Shown piece by piece: positions 60,571 through 64,000 of a stretch of DNA of 64,000 bases. The notes below the pieces were generated by a model, which was given only the letters and a program-made list of their open reading frames with translations, was not told where the DNA came from and did no database searches. The stretch is taken from assembly GCA_965198235.1 (NCBI GenBank), contig OZ240248.1:416001-480000 (forward strand), written 5' to 3'. The translations under genes and the position numbers were made by a program. The DNA comes from Candidatus Poribacteria bacterium (GTDB lineage Bacteria > Poribacteria > WGA-4E > WGA-3G). The first letter of the stretch is position 1. Each line of letters opens with the position of its first letter.

Positions 60571-60659
60571 GTAGCCCGTAATGAAATGGAGGGCGGATCT
60601 ACGGAGAGGCACGTGAATGTACAAACCTACCTCACCGAACCGCAAGGTAAACTTAAAAA
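60571..60659 (+). repeat. GTAGCCCGTAA element, copy 4, abutting ATG 60660
   Basis: Ends CCGAACCGCAAGGTAAACTTAAAAA. Confidence 0.75.
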
Positions 60660-61682
60660 ATGAAAATCATTTGTACTGGCATCAGTTGTTCGGGTCGCAA
60701 AGAACTGATGGCGAATTTTAAAATACTTTGCATGAAAAGAAAGCTGAACATCGGCTTTTTCAACGTCGGCGATGTTATGCACCGCGCCGCCGCGGAGGCT
60801 CGTGTTCATTTTACAGACAAGGTGCTTGATTCGGATCCAGCGGTTTTATCATTGGCGCGACGCACGGCTTTTTATGAAATCGCTCGGCGCGCCGAAGATT
60901 ATGAACATGCTATCATTGGGTTACACGCCTGTTTTCGGTGGCGTGGGAGCCTCATTGAGGGATTTTCCTTCAAAGATATTGACATTCTCCTACCGGATCT
61001 GCTGATTAACGTTGTTGACAACATCACCGATATATCGGAACGGATGGAAAAAACGCCACAATGGGAAGGGATGGGAAAAGCGGCACTCAATGTCTGGCTG
61101 GATGAAGAAGAGTTCCTGACGAAGCAACTCGCATATTTCACAGAGAAGCCGCATTACACGGTTGCCAGACAACACAATCTTGAGAATTTTTATGAACTCC
61201 TCTTTTCACCAAAGCCGAAATTTTACCTCAGCTATCCAATTACGCTCCTAAGAGATACGCCGAAGGAAATTGAGAAGATCCGCAAGATCGGGGAAAAACT
61301 GAGCCGTTCATTTATTGTCTTCGATCCGCTCACTATCAAGGACATGGAACTCGTTACTCCCACGAAAGATGAGGGTGATAACGCACCACGTGTGAGTGAA
61401 ATGGGTCAGGAAGTGATTGAACAGATTCAAACGCGAACAATCTCACGCGATTATCAGTTTGTTCACCAGAGTGATTTCGTGGTTGTCATTTATCCTACAG
61501 ATAAATTATCACCCGGCGTTCTCAGCGAGATGAATTACGCTTCCCGCCATAACAAGCCTGTATATGCGGTTTACCCTGGGACGCGGAGCATCTTCTTTGA
61601 GAACTTGTGTGAACGAATCTTTGATACTTTTGAGGAGTTGGCGGATTTTCTGATTGCGACCTATAAAAGGGATAAGGGTTGA
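60660..61682 (+). CDS. P-loop NMP-kinase-like domain fused to a nucleoside deoxyribosyltransferase-like domain
   Basis: TGISCSGRK N-terminus; FYLSYPIT...RDYQFV.QSD...SPGVLSEM.YA....KPVY. Confidence 0.65.
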   Translation: MKIICTGISCSGRKELMANFKILCMKRKLNIGFFNVGDVMHRAAAEARVHFTDKVLDSDPAVLSLARRTAFYEIARRAEDYEHAIIGLHACFRWRGSLIEGFSFKDIDILLPDLLINVVDNITDISERMEKTPQWEGMGKAALNVWLDEEEFLTKQLAYFTEKPHYTVARQHNLENFYELLFSPKPKFYLSYPITLLRDTPKEIEKIRKIGEKLSRSFIVFDPLTIKDMELVTPTKDEGDNAPRVSEMGQEVIEQIQTRTISRDYQFVHQSDFVVVIYPTDKLSPGVLSEMNYASRHNKPVYAVYPGTRSIFFENLCERIFDTFEELADFLIATYKRDKG

Positions 61683-61889
61683 TACCGAACTGGGCAGCGC
61701 GTTTTCTATAGACATAGCATTTTCTTCGGCTTGCGGGAATCTACTTATCATCAAATCTGTGAGAGATATGCCATATCGTGTTGCATTTGTCTAAATCCTT
61801 AAGTCGAACTGACGTAATTTGTCTAAATTCTGACCGAGTGATGCGTCGGCGCATCACCCCTACTATAGTTATAGAAAGGCTTTTATCCT

Positions 61890-62423
61890 ATGGTGGATGC
61901 GTATTACACAACTGACGAATCTCATTATAATGAGTGTCTTGAGAAGGGCACTATTGTTCCGACGAAAGATTGGTATGGTAAAAGGTTTTGCATCGAGGAT
62001 TTTTTAGCAGGTGATCACAAGTATATTTTTATGTTTGTCAATGATCTCTATAGTATTTTTGACGACAACGGAAAGGATAAAACTTTCGGTTTTGTCTTGG
62101 ATGCTGAATCATTGGTTACAGAGAGCAATGCCCTTGTAGGACCCGACTTGCTAAACGAGTACCGTTCTCTGATCAACGAGTGCGCAACGTTTTCTGTCCA
62201 ACAGAACCCTGGACTAAAAAATGTCCAATTGATTGTTCGAGGCGTGCTCGCTGGTGCTGTCAGCGAACCGGGGGTTACTGAGACGATGCTGCTTTTCAGA
62301 ACACGTGTATCTGAACTTCAAAACGAGCGTCGGTGTCATGGAGAGGCGGCACTGAAACTTTTGCGAGAATCAACGGAACCGTTGGAGCTGCTCATAGGTG
62401 GGTCTTCACCGTCATCCAGATAG
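61890..62423 (+). CDS. Hypothetical protein
   Basis: 177-aa ORF with AAAGG upstream. Confidence 0.55.
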   Translation: MVDAYYTTDESHYNECLEKGTIVPTKDWYGKRFCIEDFLAGDHKYIFMFVNDLYSIFDDNGKDKTFGFVLDAESLVTESNALVGPDLLNEYRSLINECATFSVQQNPGLKNVQLIVRGVLAGAVSEPGVTETMLLFRTRVSELQNERRCHGEAALKLLRESTEPLELLIGGSSPSSR

Positions 62424-62571
62424 CACGATGCCTCCTATTCAAGCAAAGGCAGAAGAACTCGCAGAAGAAAAACTTAAAACCTGGATTAACCCCGAATGAA
62501 AAGATTAGATCTTTTAGCCTTTATTTCCGCGTCCGTTTCATCGGCAGAGAATTTGATTCCGCCACAGTACT

Positions 62572-63471
62572 ATGAAAATCGGTATCCTCTCACGGGGACC
62601 TCAAAACCACTCTACGCGTAGACTTAGCGAAACAGCCCTCACTGCAGGACACGCCGCAGAAATTTTAGATCCCTTCGGTTTCTATCTCCATATTGGTGGC
62701 ACCGGTGACCGCATTACCTATCATGGGAAACCGGCAGAAGACTTTGATGTCATCATGCCACGGCTCAGCCGGACGACAGTGCAGTACGGCGAAGAGGTCT
62801 TGGCACATTTTGAATGGGTCGGCACTCCTGTGGTTAATCGCGCAAAGGCGATTGCGGCGGCACGACACAAATTCCACTCCCTGCGCATCCTTGCGCAGCA
62901 CGGCTTACCTATCCCACCGAGTCTCACCGTCGGTTCCGCCGCGTTTTTAGAGGACGCTGTGGCGGAAGTAGGGAATTATCCGTTTATTTTAAAACCGTTT
63001 CACGGCACACACGGCACGGGCATCATGTTGTTAGATACGCCTACATCGCTTACTTCGGCTGTAGATGCACTGTGTGATCTTCATCAGGACTATGTAATCC
63101 AGTCCTTTATTGCGGAAGCAGGTGGGGTTGACATCCGTGTTCTTGTCGTAGGGGGTGAAGCTGTTGCGGCGATGAAAAGGAGCGCGCCTCCCGGCGAATT
63201 CCGAGCGAATATTCACAAAGGCGCGTCTGGGGAAACGACCACACTGCCAGACGAACACATCCGCTTGGCTGTAGAAGCAGCAACAGCACTTGAATTGGAG
63301 ATAGCGGGGGTCGATCTGCTCCAGACAAACGAGGGACCCGTTGTTTTGGAGGTCAACCCATCGCCGGGATTTGAGGAGTTAGAGTCGGTCACAGGGATCG
63401 ATATCGCTGGTGTGATTATCGAATTTGTGTCGGAATTCGGGCTTACAAAGCCCTCCCACGGACCCCGCTGA
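62572..63471 (+). CDS. rimK: RimK-family ATP-grasp alpha-L-glutamate ligase
   Basis: MKIGILSR, DIRVLVVGG, EFRANIHKG, LEVNPSPG. Confidence 0.9.
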   Translation: MKIGILSRGPQNHSTRRLSETALTAGHAAEILDPFGFYLHIGGTGDRITYHGKPAEDFDVIMPRLSRTTVQYGEEVLAHFEWVGTPVVNRAKAIAAARHKFHSLRILAQHGLPIPPSLTVGSAAFLEDAVAEVGNYPFILKPFHGTHGTGIMLLDTPTSLTSAVDALCDLHQDYVIQSFIAEAGGVDIRVLVVGGEAVAAMKRSAPPGEFRANIHKGASGETTTLPDEHIRLAVEAATALELEIAGVDLLQTNEGPVVLEVNPSPGFEELESVTGIDIAGVIIEFVSEFGLTKPSHGPR

Positions 63472-63513
63472 TATGGAGGAATTCGGGCTTACAAAGCCCT
63501 CCCACGGACCCCG
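63432..63513. repeat. Direct duplication of a 36-bp REP-like unit spanning the rimK stop
   Basis: GGAATTCGGGCTTACAAAGCCCTCCCACGGACCCCG at 63432 and again about 45 bp downstream. Confidence 0.85.
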
Positions 63514-63522
63514 GTTGTATGT

Positions 63523-64000
63523 ATGGACGATACTCCGAAAAAAATTTTGATGTTCAATCACGAATTTCCACCAATTGGTGGGGGTGGTGGTTGGGTCAGC
63601 TATTTCTTAGGTAAACACTTCGCGGCGGCGGGACATGAAGTGCATCTGATTACCTCTCAGTTTCGTGATTGTCCAATAGATGAGAAAGTGGAGGGTTTTC
63701 ACGTGCATCGCGTGCGTGCGCTTCGGAAGAACCGTGATGTGTGTACAGTCCACGAAATGTTGACTTACGCGGTGAGCTCAAGTCTGTATGGTTTGCGGTT
63801 CGCGAAGCAGTTTCAACCGGACATCGTTCAGGTCTTTTTTGGTATCCCTGCTGGCGGTGGTGCGTATCTCCTGCAGAAACTCCGCAACGTGCCGTATGTC
63901 GTGTTTTTGGGTGGGCGTGACGTGCCGAGCCGTAATCCCGATCCGCCCTATTATCGGTGGTTATACCTGCTCCTGAAGCCGATCATCCGATCGATTTGGG
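63523..64000 (+). CDS. Glycosyltransferase family 4, runs off the window end (not in the ORF track)
   Basis: MDDTPKKILMFNHEFPPIGGGGG...GHEVHLIT...PDIVQ. Confidence 0.85.
   Translation, partial: MDDTPKKILMFNHEFPPIGGGGGWVSYFLGKHFAAAGHEVHLITSQFRDCPIDEKVEGFHVHRVRALRKNRDVCTVHEMLTYAVSSSLYGLRFAKQFQPDIVQVFFGIPAGGGAYLLQKLRNVPYVVFLGGRDVPSRNPDPPYYRWLYLLLKPIIRSIW

Overview
Bacterial chromosomal window, most likely Candidatus Poribacteria (inferred from WD40-dockerin proteins, PhyH dioxygenase, sulfatase, Uma2 and secreted proteins ending in a 'SPKGKLTTTWANLK'-type tail). 1-10 kb is a decaying defence/mobile region: an intact IS982, a truncated IS3 fused to a 5'-deleted hsdS, uma2-hsdR-M48 peptidase, and a three-gene operon (unknown protein, Panacea/DUF4065 antitoxin, putative toxin) whose toxin is split by a 115-bp MITE. 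The rest is mostly housekeeping and envelope genes: LarA-like, MqnP/UbiA, sulfatase, GT2, RecQ, MacB-like permease, larC, a sigma-70, MsbA-like, Clp1, two SppA, glycosylation genes, secA, tRNA-Glu/Lys, purA, rplM-rpsI, ArsA/Get3, hslVU, three WD40-dockerin genes and RimK. The most unusual signals: (1) a dispersed repeat that ends immediately before start codons with a -10/SD-like motif; (2) a variable GT-rich tract found only nested inside other repeats; (3) an orphan, promoter-driven IS200/IS605 right-end (omegaRNA-like) element; (4) a sigma factor with a duplicated, degenerate sigma-2 domain; (5) the tripartite TA-like operon with a structured leader; (6) a duplicated pair of secreted proteins sharing a C-terminal motif; (7) several repeat-derived insertions inside proteins, plus a 20-bp duplication that breaks the SecA zinc site. 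All calls were made by eye; no database searches were run.
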